Source: Franconibacter helveticus LMG 23732 (GTDB lineage Bacteria > Pseudomonadota > Gammaproteobacteria > Enterobacterales > Enterobacteriaceae). Taken from it: DNA of 24,000 nt. The translations under genes and the position numbers were made by a program. A model generated the notes under the pieces. It made no database searches and was not told the DNA's origin. It saw only the letters and a list, made by a program, of their open reading frames with translations. Positions 1 through 9,824 of the stretch are shown piece by piece (position 1 is the first letter of the stretch; each line of letters starts with the position of its first letter). The DNA lies in contig NZ_AWFX01000057.1 in NCBI RefSeq assembly GCF_000463115.2, positions 21,953 through 45,952 on the forward strand. Reading direction: 5' to 3'.

Positions 1-411
<411 letters not shown>

Positions 412-427
412 TTAATGCGAAAACACA

Positions 428-466
428 CATGAAAAGATAAGCATAAAATATGCATAATAAATCAAT
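428..466. promoter_or_regulatory. Putative tandem ARG boxes (ArgR operator) upstream of argD
   Basis: Two 18-mers separated by 3 bp: catgaaaagataagcata (428-445) and tatgcataataaatcaat (449-466). Both were compared by eye with the ARG box consensus wNTGAATwwwwATTCANw; the second matches well and the first is weaker. They lie 32-70 bp upstream of the argD ATG, as expected for an ArgR-repressed promoter. Confidence 0.4.
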
Positions 467-482
467 CGAAGGCAATAAAAAA

Positions 483-1046
483 TCAGCGATTGAGGAAGTT
501 TGCCAGCAGCTGATGCCCTTGTTCGCTAAGGATACTTTCTGGGTGAAACTGCACGCCTTCCAGGTCCCAGCGCTTGTGGCGAATGCCCATGATCTCCTGG
601 CGGTCGGTCCAGGCCGTCACGATAAAGTCATCCGGCAGCGTTGGCGGGTCGATAACCAGCGAATGGTAGCGCGTAACGGTCAGCGGATTATTAAGCCCGG
701 TAAAAACGCCTTCGCCGGTATGCTCAATCAGTGACGTTTTGCCATGCATGACTTTCTCAGCCCGCACAATGGAAGCGCCAAACGCCTGCCCTATAGCCTG
801 ATGGCCAAGGCAAACGCCAAGAATGGGAAGCTTGCCGGCATAATGAGAAATGGCCGCAAGCGATACGCCCGCTTCGTTGGGCGTGCAGGGGCCTGGAGAG
901 ATAACCAGCTTTTGCGGCGCCAGTTCCGCGATGTCGGCAAGCGTCAGCGTATCGTTGCGCCTGACCACCACCTGCGCTCCCAGCTCGCAAAAGTACTGAT
1001 AAAGGTTCCAGGTAAACGAGTCGTAGTTGTCGATAAGCAGTAGCAT
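483..1046 (-). CDS. pabA: Aminodeoxychorismate synthase, glutamine amidotransferase subunit
   Basis: 187 aa beginning [24 protein letters not shown], with the class I GATase motif GVCLGHQ. Near-identical to E. coli PabA over its full length. Confidence 0.95.
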   Translation of the reverse strand: MLLLIDNYDSFTWNLYQYFCELGAQVVVRRNDTLTLADIAELAPQKLVISPGPCTPNEAGVSLAAISHYAGKLPILGVCLGHQAIGQAFGASIVRAEKVMHGKTSLIEHTGEGVFTGLNNPLTVTRYHSLVIDPPTLPDDFIVTAWTDRQEIMGIRHKRWDLEGVQFHPESILSEQGHQLLANFLNR

Positions 1047-1076
1047 GGCGGCTCCGGAAAAAAGAACCGCGCCATT

Positions 1077-1679
1077 CTACTCGCTTTCGCGCGCCTCGCT
1101 CACCACTTTGCTGAAGATCTCGCGCAGCGGCGCAAGGTCGCCCATAGCGCCGGCCTGGTTGGCCGCTTTCCACGCCTCTACATCTACGTCGCGCCAGTCG
1201 AGACTGTAACCCGCATGCAGCGCCAGTTGCTCGAAGAAAACCCGCTGCGCCCGTCCGGTGCCGATGCGAAAAGGATGCAGGACGTTTATTTCGCAGTAGT
1301 AATGGGCAAGGCGCTCAATAAAGGCTTCCAGCTCAAGGCCAACCAGATACTTTTCGTCTTCCAGCTCCTGCATCAGGGCATTACCCTCTTTTTCGATGTA
1401 TTCGAAATGGCAGAAGCGGGTGTCGCCCTGATAGATATCGACTTCGCGCAGCTCGCCCGCCCATTCATACACATCCTGAAAAAGCTGGCGATGAATGGCG
1501 CACAGGTGCGGCAGCCCGCGCGACAAAGGCCCCAGCTCCAGCGTGGCGGCCCGCAGCGAGGTGAGTTCACGCTCGGCGTGCTGCAAATCCTGGAGCGAGT
1601 GAATATTAAGCCGGTTGCGCAGCACTTCGCTGCCCGACCAGAAATAGGGATCGCGTCCATCGCCAAATTTATCGCTCAT
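1077..1679 (-). CDS. fic: Fic-domain protein (class I Fic, toxin-like partner of YhfG)
   Basis: The ORF track gives 284 aa, but homology to the 200-aa E. coli Fic begins at [13 protein letters not shown] (ATG at 1679-1677), giving 200 aa. The FIC motif region reads [12 protein letters not shown]. The start overlaps the yhfG stop by 11 nt (ATGAGCGATAA). Confidence 0.9.
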   Translation of the reverse strand: MSDKFGDGRDPYFWSGSEVLRNRLNIHSLQDLQHAERELTSLRAATLELGPLSRGLPHLCAIHRQLFQDVYEWAGELREVDIYQGDTRFCHFEYIEKEGNALMQELEDEKYLVGLELEAFIERLAHYYCEINVLHPFRIGTGRAQRVFFEQLALHAGYSLDWRDVDVEAWKAANQAGAMGDLAPLREIFSKVVSEARESE

Positions 1680-1839
1680 AGTGCCCCCTGCGTTCGTTGA
1701 TACGCGCCAGCGCCTCTTCGCGCGACAGAGAGATAAGCGGAATATCAATCCCTTCCAGACGGTTGCTGGCCTGGAAATTGGCGTTTTTTTGCCGCTCCCA
1801 CAGTCGGGCCTTCTGTTTATCGGTGAGTTTTTTCGCCAT
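1669..1839 (-). CDS. yhfG: Fic antitoxin-like small protein YhfG
   Basis: Trimmed from the 79-aa ORF to [35 protein letters not shown]... (56 aa), matching the 55-aa E. coli YhfG. SD GGAGG lies 4 nt upstream of ATG 1839. It contains SNRLEG, which fits the Fic-inhibitory motif [S/T]xxxE[G/N]. Confidence 0.85.
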   Translation of the reverse strand: MAKKLTDKQKARLWERQKNANFQASNRLEGIDIPLISLSREEALARINERRGHYER

Positions 1840-1898
1840 AACGCCTCCCTGAACGTAACCGTATTTGCCACAAGTATAAGCAGCAATTGGCAGATGCG

Positions 1899-1937
1899 CA
1901 GAAAGCAAGGCGAAACGCGGGCGAAGAACACCCGCGT
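1899..1937 (-). terminator. Putative rho-independent terminator of ppiA
   Basis: On the minus strand, just after the ppiA stop: stem ACGCGGG / CCCGCGT (1915-1921 and 1931-1937), a 9-nt loop, then the T-rich tract TTTCGCCTTGCTTTC. Confidence 0.45.
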
Positions 1938-1946
1938 CGGAAGACG

Positions 1947-2519
1947 TTACTGAATGACTTTCGCAGAGAGGATAACTACCGGTTTTGACGGCACATTCTG
2001 GTACGGGCCGACATCGTGCGTCGGCACCTGGGCGATTTTATCCGCCACGTCCATGCCTTTCACAACTTTACCAAAAACGGCATAACCGAAATCACGCTGC
2101 CCGTGGTTCAGAAAAGCGTTGTCCGCCACATTGATAAAGAACTGGCTGGTGGCGCTGTCTTTGTCGGCGGTGCGCGCCATTGCGATGGTGCCGCGGCTGT
2201 TAGGCAGGCCGTTGTCCGCTTCGTTTTTCACCGGCGGGTTAGTGGGTTTTTGCTGCATATCTGCGGTAAACCCGCCGCCCTGAACCATAAAGCCCGGAAT
2301 TACGCGATGAAAAATGGTGTTGTTATAAAAGCCGTTATTCACGTAATCCACAAAATTCTTCACCGATGCAGGGGCTTTCTGGCTGTTTAACTCCAGTTCG
2401 ATGTTGCCTGCTGAAGTGGTAAGCAGTACGCGTGGATCGCCTTTAGCCGCCAGCGCGGCAGGAGAAAGCGCAGAGAGCGCAAACACAGCCGCGACAGCCG
2501 CCAGAGTGTTTTTAAGCAT
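1947..2519 (-). CDS. ppiA: Periplasmic peptidyl-prolyl cis-trans isomerase A (cyclophilin)
   Basis: 190 aa with a signal peptide ending ALA|AKGDP, and cyclophilin core [15 protein letters not shown]. Near-identical to E. coli PpiA. Confidence 0.95.
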   Translation of the reverse strand: MLKNTLAAVAAVFALSALSPAALAAKGDPRVLLTTSAGNIELELNSQKAPASVKNFVDYVNNGFYNNTIFHRVIPGFMVQGGGFTADMQQKPTNPPVKNEADNGLPNSRGTIAMARTADKDSATSQFFINVADNAFLNHGQRDFGYAVFGKVVKGMDVADKIAQVPTHDVGPYQNVPSKPVVILSAKVIQ

Positions 2520-2663
2520 GAAAAATTCCTTACGTGGGCAGTGATGAATGCAAGTGGGTCGATTCTAAATAGCGTTTGTTTATCGTGCCAGACATTTACC
2601 AGGCTTTACGTAACGCTAAACGCCGGGTTTGTCGCTATTACTTTAGCTTTATCGCTACATTTA

Positions 2664-2679
2664 TGTGACAGCTATCATG
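2664..2679. promoter_or_regulatory. CRP-like site in the divergent ppiA/tsgA intergenic region
   Basis: TGTGAcagctaTCAtg versus consensus TGTGA-N6-TCACA: a perfect left half and 3/5 in the right half. As I recall, E. coli ppiA has CRP-dependent promoters. Which gene this site serves is not determinable here. Confidence 0.25.
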
Positions 2680-2800
2680 TAATAACAGAGAAGTTGCAGC
2701 AAAATACATTTCCAATGTTTAATTGGATCACGTTCGAGCATAAAATGCGCATACTTTCGGCGCTGTCAACGCGCTTTACATATCTATGCACAGGCTCCCC

Positions 2801-3988
2801 ATGACTAACAGTAATCGCATCAGACTCACATGGATTAGTTTCTTTTCCTACGCCCTGACCGGGGCGTTGGTAATCGTCACCGGAATGGTGATGGGCAACA
2901 TCGCAGAGTATTTCCATCTGCCTGTCTCCAGCATGAGCAACACCTTTACGTTTCTTAACGCCGGTATCCTTATTTCTATCTTCCTGAATGCCTGGCTGAT
3001 GGAAATCGTGCCGCTGAAAACCCAACTGCGTTTTGGCTTTGTGCTGATGGTTGTCGCTGTTGTCGCCCTGATGTTCAGCCAGAGCCTGGCGCTGTTCTCA
3101 GCCGCCATGTTTGTACTGGGGCTGGTGAGCGGCATCACTATGTCGATTGGCACATTCCTGATAACCCATATGTATGAAGGCCGCCAGCGCGGTTCCCGCC
3201 TGCTGTTTACGGACTCCTTCTTCAGTATGGCCGGGATGATCTTCCCAATGGTGGCGGCTTTCCTGCTGGCCCGCGCGATTGAGTGGTATTGGGTATACGC
3301 CTGCATTGGCCTGGTTTATGTCGCTATCTTTATCCTGACCTTTGGCTGCGATTTCCCGGTACTCGGCAAGCATGCGCAGAAAAGCGACCAGCCGGTTGTG
3401 AAAGAAAAATGGGGCATCGGCGTGCTGTTTCTGTCCATCGCCGCGCTTTGCTACATTCTGGGTCAGCTTGGTTTTATCGGTTGGGTGCCGGAATACGCCA
3501 CTAAAGGTCTCGGCATGAATCTCAACGACGCCGGTACGCTGGTGAGCAACTTCTGGATGTCTTACATGATTGGCATGTGGATATTCAGCTTTGTGCTGCG
3601 CTTCTTCGACCTGCAACGCATTTTGACCGTGCTGGCTGGCCTCGCCACGGTGCTGATGTACTTTTTCATCACCAGCAAACCAGAGCATATGGCCTGGTTC
3701 ATTCTGGCGCTGGGTTTCTTCTCCAGCGCGATTTACACCACCATTATTACGCTTGGTTCCCAGCAGACAAAAATTGCTTCGCCGAAGCTGGTTAACTTTA
3801 TTCTGACCTGCGGCACCGTCGGCACCATGCTGACATTTATCGTCACCGGCCCGATTGTCGCGAATCACGGTCCCCAGGCTGCGCTGTTCACCGCTAACGG
3901 TCTTTATGCCGTGGTCTTTGTCATGTGCTTCGCGCTGGGCTTTGTGAGCCGCCATCGCCAGCATGCGGCAACCGCCTCCGCGCACTGA
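2801..3988 (+). CDS. tsgA: MFS-family membrane protein TsgA
   Basis: Homology to E. coli TsgA begins at [28 protein letters not shown] (ATG 2801); the ORF-track start at 2786 adds 5 non-homologous residues. The protein is hydrophobic with multiple transmembrane segments throughout. Confidence 0.9.
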   Translation: MTNSNRIRLTWISFFSYALTGALVIVTGMVMGNIAEYFHLPVSSMSNTFTFLNAGILISIFLNAWLMEIVPLKTQLRFGFVLMVVAVVALMFSQSLALFSAAMFVLGLVSGITMSIGTFLITHMYEGRQRGSRLLFTDSFFSMAGMIFPMVAAFLLARAIEWYWVYACIGLVYVAIFILTFGCDFPVLGKHAQKSDQPVVKEKWGIGVLFLSIAALCYILGQLGFIGWVPEYATKGLGMNLNDAGTLVSNFWMSYMIGMWIFSFVLRFFDLQRILTVLAGLATVLMYFFITSKPEHMAWFILALGFFSSAIYTTIITLGSQQTKIASPKLVNFILTCGTVGTMLTFIVTGPIVANHGPQAALFTANGLYAVVFVMCFALGFVSRHRQHAATASAH

Positions 3989-3999
3989 TAACATCCCCT

Positions 4000-4027
4000 G
4001 CCCCTTTGCTTTTAAAAGGGGCATTTT
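4000..4027 (+). terminator. Rho-independent terminator of tsgA
   Basis: Stem GCCCCTTT / AAAGGGGC with a short T-rich loop, followed by CATTTT. It begins 12 nt after the tsgA stop. Confidence 0.6.
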
Positions 4028-4247
4028 CCTGCCCAACGCAAACCACTTCGCTTTCTCTTCAGACTTCCTGGCTTTCTCTCCATTACCCAGCGCCTGAGGC
4101 TTTTCGCGCCTGCTGCGTTAGTTGTTAACTCTTTGTGATCACTTCACCGCGCCGTTGCAGTTGAACCGCTTTTTTGTTCAGAAAATCCTCAAGTATGAAT
4201 TTCCAGAAATTTCCATAACTTAGAAAATAAGCGAAAAATCAATCATA

Positions 4248-4263
4248 TACCTCTTAAGGGGTA
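4248..4263 (+). promoter_or_regulatory. NarL/NarP 7-2-7 binding site of the nirB promoter
   Basis: TACCTCT-TA-AGGGGTA. Both heptamers fit TACYYMT in inverted orientation. The centre lies 69.5 bp upstream of the inferred transcription start (~4325), as in E. coli pnirB. Confidence 0.7.
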
Positions 4264-4276
4264 TATAAGAGGGCAA

Positions 4277-4290
4277 TTGATCCACATCAA
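4277..4290 (+). promoter_or_regulatory. FNR box of the nirB promoter
   Basis: TTGATccacATCAA is a perfect match to TTGAT-N4-ATCAA. It is centred 41.5 bp upstream of the inferred start. The surrounding sequence is almost identical to the E. coli pnirB sequence as I recall it. Confidence 0.85.
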
Positions 4291-4311
4291 TAAGTGGGGG
4301 TGCTGAATCGT

Positions 4312-4317
4312 TAAGGT
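4312..4317 (+). promoter_or_regulatory. nirB promoter -10 hexamer
   Basis: TAAGGT sits at the position expected from the FNR box (class II spacing) and corresponds to the E. coli pnirB -10. The inferred leader is ~24 nt, with SD GAGG before ATG 4349. Confidence 0.55.
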
Positions 4318-4348
4318 AGGCAGTAATAGAAAAGAAATCGAGGCAAAA

Positions 4349-6895
4349 ATGAGCAACGTCAAACTCGCTATTATCGGTAACGGCATGGTCGGCCACCGCT
4401 TTATCGAGGACCTTCTCGACAAAGCCGAACCGGGCCAGTTCGACATTACCGTATTCTGTGAAGAGCCGCGCATCGCCTATGACCGCGTGCATCTTTCATC
4501 TTATTTCTCCCACCATACTGCTGAAGAACTCTCCCTCGTACGCGAAGGCTTCTACGAAAAACATGGCGTAAAAGTGCTGGTTGGCGAACGGGCAATCACC
4601 ATTAACCGCCAGGAGAAGGTCATTCATTCCAGCTCCGGGCGCAGCGTCTACTACGACAAGCTGATCATGGCGACTGGCTCTTATCCGTGGATCCCGCCAA
4701 TCAAAGGTTCAGATACCCAGGATTGCTTCGTTTACCGCACCATTGAAGATCTCAACGCCATTGAAGCCTGCGCCCGCCGCAGCAAACGCGGCGCGGTGGT
4801 CGGCGGCGGCCTGCTCGGTCTGGAAGCGGCTGGCGCGCTGAAAAACTTAGGCGTGGAAACCCACGTTATCGAATTCGCGCCGATGCTGATGGCCGAACAG
4901 CTCGACCAGATGGGCGGCGAGCAACTGCGTCGCAAAATTGAAAGCATGGGCGTGAAAGTTCACACCAGCAAAAATACCCAGGAGATTGTCCAGCAGGGCG
5001 TTGAGGCGCGCAAAACCATGCGCTTCGCCGACGGCAGCGAACTGGAAGTGGACTTTATCGTCTTCTCCACCGGTATTCGCCCGCGCGATAAGCTTGCCAG
5101 GCAGTGCGACCTTGCTATCGCCCAGCGCGGCGGCATCATCGTTAACGATCAATGCCAGACTTCCGACCCGGATATCTACGCCATCGGCGAATGCGCCAGC
5201 TGGAACAACCGCGTCTACGGCCTGGTCGCGCCTGGCTACAAAATGGCGCAGGTGGCGGTGGACCATATCCTTGGCAACGCTAACGCCTTCGAAGGGGCGG
5301 ACCTCAGCGCTAAGCTGAAACTGCTGGGCGTGGACGTAGGCGGTATTGGCGACGCGCATGGCCGCACGCCGAACTCCCGCAGCTATGTTTTCCTCGACGA
5401 GAGCAAAGAAGTCTACAAACGCCTCGTTGTCAGCGCAGACAACAAAACCCTGCTCGGTGCGGTGCTGGTAGGCGACACCAGCGACTACGGCAATCTGCTG
5501 CAACTGGTGCTGAACGCTATTGAACTGCCGGAAAACCCCGACTCGCTCATCCTGCCCGCGCATGCAAGCCAGGGCAAACCCGCTATCGGCGTGGATAAAC
5601 TGCCGGACAGCGCGCAAATTTGCTCCTGCTTCGACGTCACCAAAGGCGACCTGGTCGCCGCCATCGGGCGCGGCTGCCACACCGTTGCGGCGCTGAAAGC
5701 GGAAACCAAAGCCGGTACCGGCTGCGGCGGCTGTATCCCGCTGGTAACCCAGGTGCTGAATGCCGAGCTTGCGAAACAGGGCATTGAGATCACCAATAAC
5801 CTGTGTGAACACTTCGCATTCTCCCGCCAGGAGCTTTACCACCTCATTCGCGTGGAAGGCATTAAATCCTTCGACGAACTGCTGGCGAAATATGGCAAAG
5901 GCTACGGCTGTGAAGTCTGTAAACCCACCGTCGGCTCGCTGCTTGCCTCATGCTGGAACGAATATGTGCTGAAACCGCAGCACACCCCGTTACAGGACAC
6001 TAACGACAATTTCCTGGCGAACATCCAGAAAGACGGCACCTATTCGGTTATCCCGCGTTCCGCCGGCGGCGAAATCACGCCGGAAGGGCTGATGGAAGTG
6101 GGCCGCATCGCCCGTGAATTCAATCTCTACACCAAAATCACCGGCTCCCAGCGCATTGGCCTGTTTGGCGCGCGCAAAGACGACCTGCCGGAAATCTGGC
6201 GCCAGCTTATCAATGCAGGCTTTGAAACCGGCCACGCCTACGCGAAAGCGCTGCGCATGGCGAAAACCTGTGTCGGCAGCACATGGTGCCGCTACGGCGT
6301 GGGCGACAGCGTGGGCTTCGGCGTCGAGCTGGAAAATCGCTACAAAGGCATCCGCACCCCGCACAAAATGAAGTTCGGCGTCTCCGGCTGCACCCGTGAA
6401 TGCGCCGAAGCGCAGGGCAAAGATGTCGGTATCATCGCCACCGAAAAAGGCTGGAACCTGTACGTTTGCGGCAACGGCGGCATGAAACCGCGCCATGCCG
6501 ATCTGCTGGCGGCGGACCTCGATCGCGAAACCCTGATTAAGTACCTTGACCGCTTCATGATGTTTTATATCCGCACCGCCGACAAACTGACCCGCACAGC
6601 CCCATGGCTGGACGCGATGGAAGGCGGCATTGATTACCTGAAGAGCGTCATTATCGATGACAAGCTGGGCCTGAATTCCCAGCTGGAAGCGGAAATGACC
6701 CGTCTGCGCGAAGCGGTTATCTGCGAATGGACCGAAACGGTCAACAACCAGCAGGCGCAGGTTCGCTTCAAACACTTTATCAACAGCGATCGTCGCGACC
6801 CGAACGTACAGGTCGTCGCGGAACGCGAGCAGCATCGTCCGGCTACGCCGTATGAGCGCATCCCGGTCACCTTCGTGGAGGAGGAAACTGTATGA
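4349..6895 (+). CDS. nirB: NADH-dependent nitrite reductase, large subunit
   Basis: 848 aa with the N-terminal FAD/NAD fold IIGNGMVGHRF and the C-terminal siroheme/4Fe-4S cysteine cluster CVGSTWCRYG...SGCTRECAEA. Colinear with the 847-aa E. coli NirB. Confidence 0.97.
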   Translation: MSNVKLAIIGNGMVGHRFIEDLLDKAEPGQFDITVFCEEPRIAYDRVHLSSYFSHHTAEELSLVREGFYEKHGVKVLVGERAITINRQEKVIHSSSGRSVYYDKLIMATGSYPWIPPIKGSDTQDCFVYRTIEDLNAIEACARRSKRGAVVGGGLLGLEAAGALKNLGVETHVIEFAPMLMAEQLDQMGGEQLRRKIESMGVKVHTSKNTQEIVQQGVEARKTMRFADGSELEVDFIVFSTGIRPRDKLARQCDLAIAQRGGIIVNDQCQTSDPDIYAIGECASWNNRVYGLVAPGYKMAQVAVDHILGNANAFEGADLSAKLKLLGVDVGGIGDAHGRTPNSRSYVFLDESKEVYKRLVVSADNKTLLGAVLVGDTSDYGNLLQLVLNAIELPENPDSLILPAHASQGKPAIGVDKLPDSAQICSCFDVTKGDLVAAIGRGCHTVAALKAETKAGTGCGGCIPLVTQVLNAELAKQGIEITNNLCEHFAFSRQELYHLIRVEGIKSFDELLAKYGKGYGCEVCKPTVGSLLASCWNEYVLKPQHTPLQDTNDNFLANIQKDGTYSVIPRSAGGEITPEGLMEVGRIAREFNLYTKITGSQRIGLFGARKDDLPEIWRQLINAGFETGHAYAKALRMAKTCVGSTWCRYGVGDSVGFGVELENRYKGIRTPHKMKFGVSGCTRECAEAQGKDVGIIATEKGWNLYVCGNGGMKPRHADLLAADLDRETLIKYLDRFMMFYIRTADKLTRTAPWLDAMEGGIDYLKSVIIDDKLGLNSQLEAEMTRLREAVICEWTETVNNQQAQVRFKHFINSDRRDPNVQVVAEREQHRPATPYERIPVTFVEEETV

Positions 6896-7218
6896 GCCAG
6901 TGGAACACCGTCTGCCAGCTTGATGACATTATCCCGGCAACCGGCGTCTGCGCCCTGCTTGGCAATAACCAGGTAGCGATTTTCCGCCCCCGCGCTGACG
7001 ATGTCGTTTACGCCATCAGCAATATCGACCCGTTCTTTGAAGCAAGCGTGCTTTCACGCGGCATTATTGCCGAACACCAGGGCGAGCTCTGGGTGGCGAG
7101 CCCGCTGAAAAAACAGCGCTTCCGCCTGCGTGACGGGCTGTGCATGGAAGATGAAAGCCGTTCCGTCGCCCATTTTGAAGCGCGCGTGAAAGACGGCCAG
7201 GTGCAGGTTAAGGCGTAA
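6892..7218 (+). CDS. nirD: Nitrite reductase small subunit (Rieske-like fold)
   Basis: 108 aa, MSQWNTVCQLDDIIPATGVCALLG..., matching the 108-aa E. coli NirD. A 4-nt ATGA overlap with the nirB stop suggests translational coupling. Confidence 0.95.
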   Translation: MSQWNTVCQLDDIIPATGVCALLGNNQVAIFRPRADDVVYAISNIDPFFEASVLSRGIIAEHQGELWVASPLKKQRFRLRDGLCMEDESRSVAHFEARVKDGQVQVKA

Positions 7219-7233
7219 CGTCTCGCGCAAAAC

Positions 7234-7259
7234 GGCGGGTAACGCAGCGCCTACCCGCC
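7234..7259. repeat. REP-like GC-rich palindrome in the nirD-nirC spacer
   Basis: GGCGGGTA-acgcagcgcc-TACCCGCC, a perfect 8-bp stem. The right arm plus flank (cgcctacccgcct) recurs with a 1-nt indel at 7347-7360 (cgcctcacccgcct). Confidence 0.55.
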
Positions 7260-7313
7260 TGGCAGCTTAACGCGAATCAGCAAGTGGCCCTCTCGCTTCA
7301 GAAAAGCGGGCCA

Positions 7314-7356
7314 GGGTGAGGCGCCTTAGAGAGGCTTAAGCCTCCACGCCTCACCC
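7314..7356. repeat. Nested long palindrome in the nirD-nirC spacer
   Basis: The outer perfect 10-bp stem GGGTGAGGCG / CGCCTCACCC encloses the inner palindrome GAGGCTTAAGCCTC (7331-7344). A further hairpin lies just upstream (7286-7312). Confidence 0.55.
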
Positions 7357-7400
7357 GCCTTCCCCCATTTTTAGGGCAAGGCAAGAAATAACAACATTAA

Positions 7401-7452
7401 GCGCACCGGAAAAACCGGGCGCGACGCCCTAAGGCGAACCTTTTTACTTTTT
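7401..7452 (+). other. Two small hairpins followed by a T-rich tract, immediately upstream of nirC; a possible attenuator or mRNA processing site
   Basis: GCGC-A-CCGG aaaaa CCGGGCGC (7401-7422), then CGCC ctaa GGCG (7425-7436), then aaccTTTTTacTTTTTaa. The function is unproven. Confidence 0.3.
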
Positions 7453-7481
7453 AATTTCACTCACTTTTTAGGATAACCACT

Positions 7482-8285
7482 ATGTTTACCGACACTATCA
7501 ATAAGTGCGCGGCGAATGCGTCCCGCATCGCCCGCCTCTCGGCGAATAATCCGCTGGGCTTCTGGGTCAGTTCCGCCATGGCGGGCGCTTACGTAGGGCT
7601 TGGCATCATCCTGATTTTCACTCTCGGCAACCTGCTCGACCCGTCGGTGCGTCCGTTGGTAATGGGCGCCACCTTCGGCATCGCGCTGACGCTCGTTATT
7701 ATCGCCGGCTCCGAGCTTTTCACCGGCCACACCATGTTCCTGACTCTTGGGGTGAAAGCGGGGGCTATCAGTCACGGCCAGATGTGGGCCATCCTGCCGC
7801 AAACCTGGCTTGGCAATCTGGTGGGCTCAGTATTTGTCGCCCTGCTCTACAGCTGGGGCGGCGGCAGCCTGCTGCCGGTAGATACCAGCCTCGTGCATAC
7901 CGTCGCGCTCGCTAAAACTACCGCGCCCGCAACCGTGCTGTTCTTTAAAGGCGCGCTCTGCAACTGGCTGGTCTGCCTCGCTATCTGGATGGCGATCCGC
8001 ACTGAAGGCGCGGCAAAATTCATCGCTATCTGGTGGTGCCTGCTGGCCTTTATCGCTTCCGGATACGAACACTCCGTCGCGAATATGACGCTCTTCGCGC
8101 TCTCCTGGTTTGGTCATCACAGCGAAGCGTATACCCTCTCCGGCATTGGCCATAACCTGTTGTGGGTAACCCTCGGCAACACCCTCTCTGGCGCCGTGTT
8201 CATGGGTTTGGGTTACTGGTATGCTACTCCGCGTGCAGAGCGCCCGCAGCCTGCCGCGCAAACCGCGCCTGAAACCGCCCGTTAA
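7482..8285 (+). CDS. nirC: Nitrite transporter, formate/nitrite transporter (FNT) family
   Basis: 267 aa, [29 protein letters not shown]..., near-identical to E. coli NirC. SD AGGA lies 8 nt upstream of the ATG. Confidence 0.95.
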   Translation: MFTDTINKCAANASRIARLSANNPLGFWVSSAMAGAYVGLGIILIFTLGNLLDPSVRPLVMGATFGIALTLVIIAGSELFTGHTMFLTLGVKAGAISHGQMWAILPQTWLGNLVGSVFVALLYSWGGGSLLPVDTSLVHTVALAKTTAPATVLFFKGALCNWLVCLAIWMAIRTEGAAKFIAIWWCLLAFIASGYEHSVANMTLFALSWFGHHSEAYTLSGIGHNLLWVTLGNTLSGAVFMGLGYWYATPRAERPQPAAQTAPETAR

Positions 8286-8305
8286 GCCGACAAGAAGGAT
8301 ACGCC

Positions 8306-9679
8306 GTGGATCACCTGCCGATATTTTGTCAGTTACGCAATCGTCCCTGTCTGCTGGTTGGCGGCGGCGACGTGGCAGAACGCAAGGCGCGTCTGCTGAT
8401 GGAGGCAGGAGCCCTGGTCACCGTTAACGCGCTGGCGTTTACGCCGCAGTTTCACGCCTGGGCGCAGCAAGGCATGCTGAGTCTGGCTACGGGGGAGTTC
8501 GATCCGCGCTTGCTGGACACCTGCTGGCTGGCGATAGCCGCCACCGACGACGACGCCGTAAACCAGCAGGTAAGCGAAGCCGCCGAAGCGCGCCGCATCT
8601 TCTGCAACGTCGTGGATGCGCCGAAACAGGCGAGCTTCATTATGCCTTCCATTATCGACCGCTCGCCGCTGATGGTGGCGGTCTCCTCCGGCGGCACCTC
8701 GCCGGTGCTTGCCCGCCTGCTGCGTGAAAAGCTGGAAGCCTTGCTGCCCCAGCATATCGGCAAGCTGGCGAGCTATGCGGGCAACCTGCGCAAGCGCGTG
8801 AAGCACACGTTTTCCACCATGAGCGAGCGCCGTCGTTTCTGGGAAAAGCTATTTGTTAATGACCGCCTCGCCCAGTCGCTCGCCAACGACGATCGCCCCA
8901 ACGTGGCGGATATCACCGAAACGCTGTTCAGCGAACCGCTGGAAAACCGCGGCGAAGTGGTGCTGGTGGGCGCAGGCCCCGGCGATCCGGGCTTGCTGAC
9001 GCTCAAAGGGTTACAGCAGATCCAGCAGGCCGATATTGTGGTCTATGACCGCCTGGTCTCTGATGAAATCATGAACCTGGTGCGCCGCGATGCCGACCGG
9101 GTGTTTGTCGGCAAGCGGGCAGGCTACCACTGCGTACCGCAGGAGGAGATTAATCAGATCCTGCTGCGCGAAGCCCAGCGCGGCAAACGCGTGGTGCGTC
9201 TGAAAGGCGGCGATCCGTTTATCTTCGGGCGCGGCGGCGAAGAGCTGGAAACCCTCTGCAACGCAGGCATTCCTTTCTCCGTCGTACCAGGCATCACCGC
9301 CGCATCAGGCTGCTCCGCCTATGCCGGTATCCCGCTGACTCACCGCGATTACGCCCAGAGCGTGCGGCTGGTTACCGGCCACCTGAAAACCGGCAGCGAG
9401 CTGGACTGGCATAATCTCGCAGCGGAAAAGCAGACGCTGGTGTTCTATATGGGGCTAAACCAGGCGGCGGCTATTCAGGAAAAACTGCTCGAGCATGGCA
9501 TGGAAGCAAACATGCCGGTCGCGCTGGTGGAAAACGGCACCAGTGTGAAGCAGCGCGTGGTGAAAGGGACGCTCACGCAGCTCGCTGCGCTGGCCCAGCA
9601 GGTAGAAAGCCCGAGCCTGATTATTGTGGGGCGCGTCGTGGCGCTGCGCGATAAACTCAACTGGTTCTCTTCAAAATAA
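8306..9679 (+). CDS. cysG: Siroheme synthase (uroporphyrinogen-III C-methyltransferase / precorrin-2 dehydrogenase / ferrochelatase)
   Basis: 457 aa, [31 protein letters not shown]..., with the methyltransferase motif [15 protein letters not shown]. It has a GTG start (8306), as in E. coli, preceded by SD AAGGA. Confidence 0.95.
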   Translation: MDHLPIFCQLRNRPCLLVGGGDVAERKARLLMEAGALVTVNALAFTPQFHAWAQQGMLSLATGEFDPRLLDTCWLAIAATDDDAVNQQVSEAAEARRIFCNVVDAPKQASFIMPSIIDRSPLMVAVSSGGTSPVLARLLREKLEALLPQHIGKLASYAGNLRKRVKHTFSTMSERRRFWEKLFVNDRLAQSLANDDRPNVADITETLFSEPLENRGEVVLVGAGPGDPGLLTLKGLQQIQQADIVVYDRLVSDEIMNLVRRDADRVFVGKRAGYHCVPQEEINQILLREAQRGKRVVRLKGGDPFIFGRGGEELETLCNAGIPFSVVPGITAASGCSAYAGIPLTHRDYAQSVRLVTGHLKTGSELDWHNLAAEKQTLVFYMGLNQAAAIQEKLLEHGMEANMPVALVENGTSVKQRVVKGTLTQLAALAQQVESPSLIIVGRVVALRDKLNWFSSK

Positions 9680-9689
9680 TTCTCTTCTG

Positions 9690-9725
9690 GCGGGCCACGC
9701 ACAGCGGCCCGCATTTAATTTCTTC
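9690..9725 (+). terminator. Rho-independent terminator after cysG
   Basis: Stem GCGGGCC / GGCCCGC (9690-9696 and 9706-9712), a 9-nt loop, then ATTTAATTTCTTCTATTTC. Confidence 0.65.
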
Positions 9726-9780
9726 TATTTCAAACAGTTAACCAAACAGCTCCTCACACTTCGCTAACATGTGGCGATTT

Positions 9781-9796
9781 TGTGATCCATCTCGCC
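9781..9796 (+). promoter_or_regulatory. CRP-like site upstream of frlA
   Basis: TGTGAtccatcTCgCc: a perfect left half and 3/5 in the right half. It is centred about 42 bp upstream of the start predicted from the TATATT hexamer at 9819-9824, which is class II geometry. As I recall, CRP dependence of E. coli frl has been reported. Confidence 0.35.
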
Positions 9797-9818
9797 AACG
9801 CTACTCATCATATGTTGT

Positions 9819-9824
9819 TATATT
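9819..9824 (+). promoter_or_regulatory. Candidate -10 hexamer of the frlA promoter
   Basis: TATATT with no recognisable -35, consistent with an activator-dependent promoter. It is flanked by the direct repeats CTCATCAT (9804-9811 and 9838-9845). Confidence 0.3.

Noticed and set aside
1077-1931. N-terminally extended ORF-track versions of fic (284 aa), yhfG (79 aa), tsgA (400 aa), frlC (298 aa), rpe (229 aa), dam (288 aa), aroK (194 aa), hofQ (494 aa) and hofP (167 aa).
   Set aside because: Homology to the E. coli proteins starts at internal Met codons that are preceded by SD sequences. The extensions are non-homologous, often run through the upstream gene or intergenic structure, and would give lengths inconsistent with the families.
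2541-2804. An 87-aa ORF (GTG start) filling the ppiA-tsgA divergent intergenic region, and the 116-aa ORF at 2675-3025(-).
   Set aside because: The region is AT-rich promoter DNA. There is no SD, and the Cys/Leu-rich translation has no domain signal. It overlaps the tsgA start in another frame, and nothing comparable is known in the syntenic E. coli region.
4135-4142. A perfect palindrome GTGATCAC (containing a GATC) about 190 bp upstream of the nirB start, and a nearby duplicated GCGCCTG (about 4090-4115).
   Set aside because: These are too short to be significant on their own. They lie in the region where Fis, IHF and H-NS are known to bind pnirB in E. coli, which does not require a specific palindrome.
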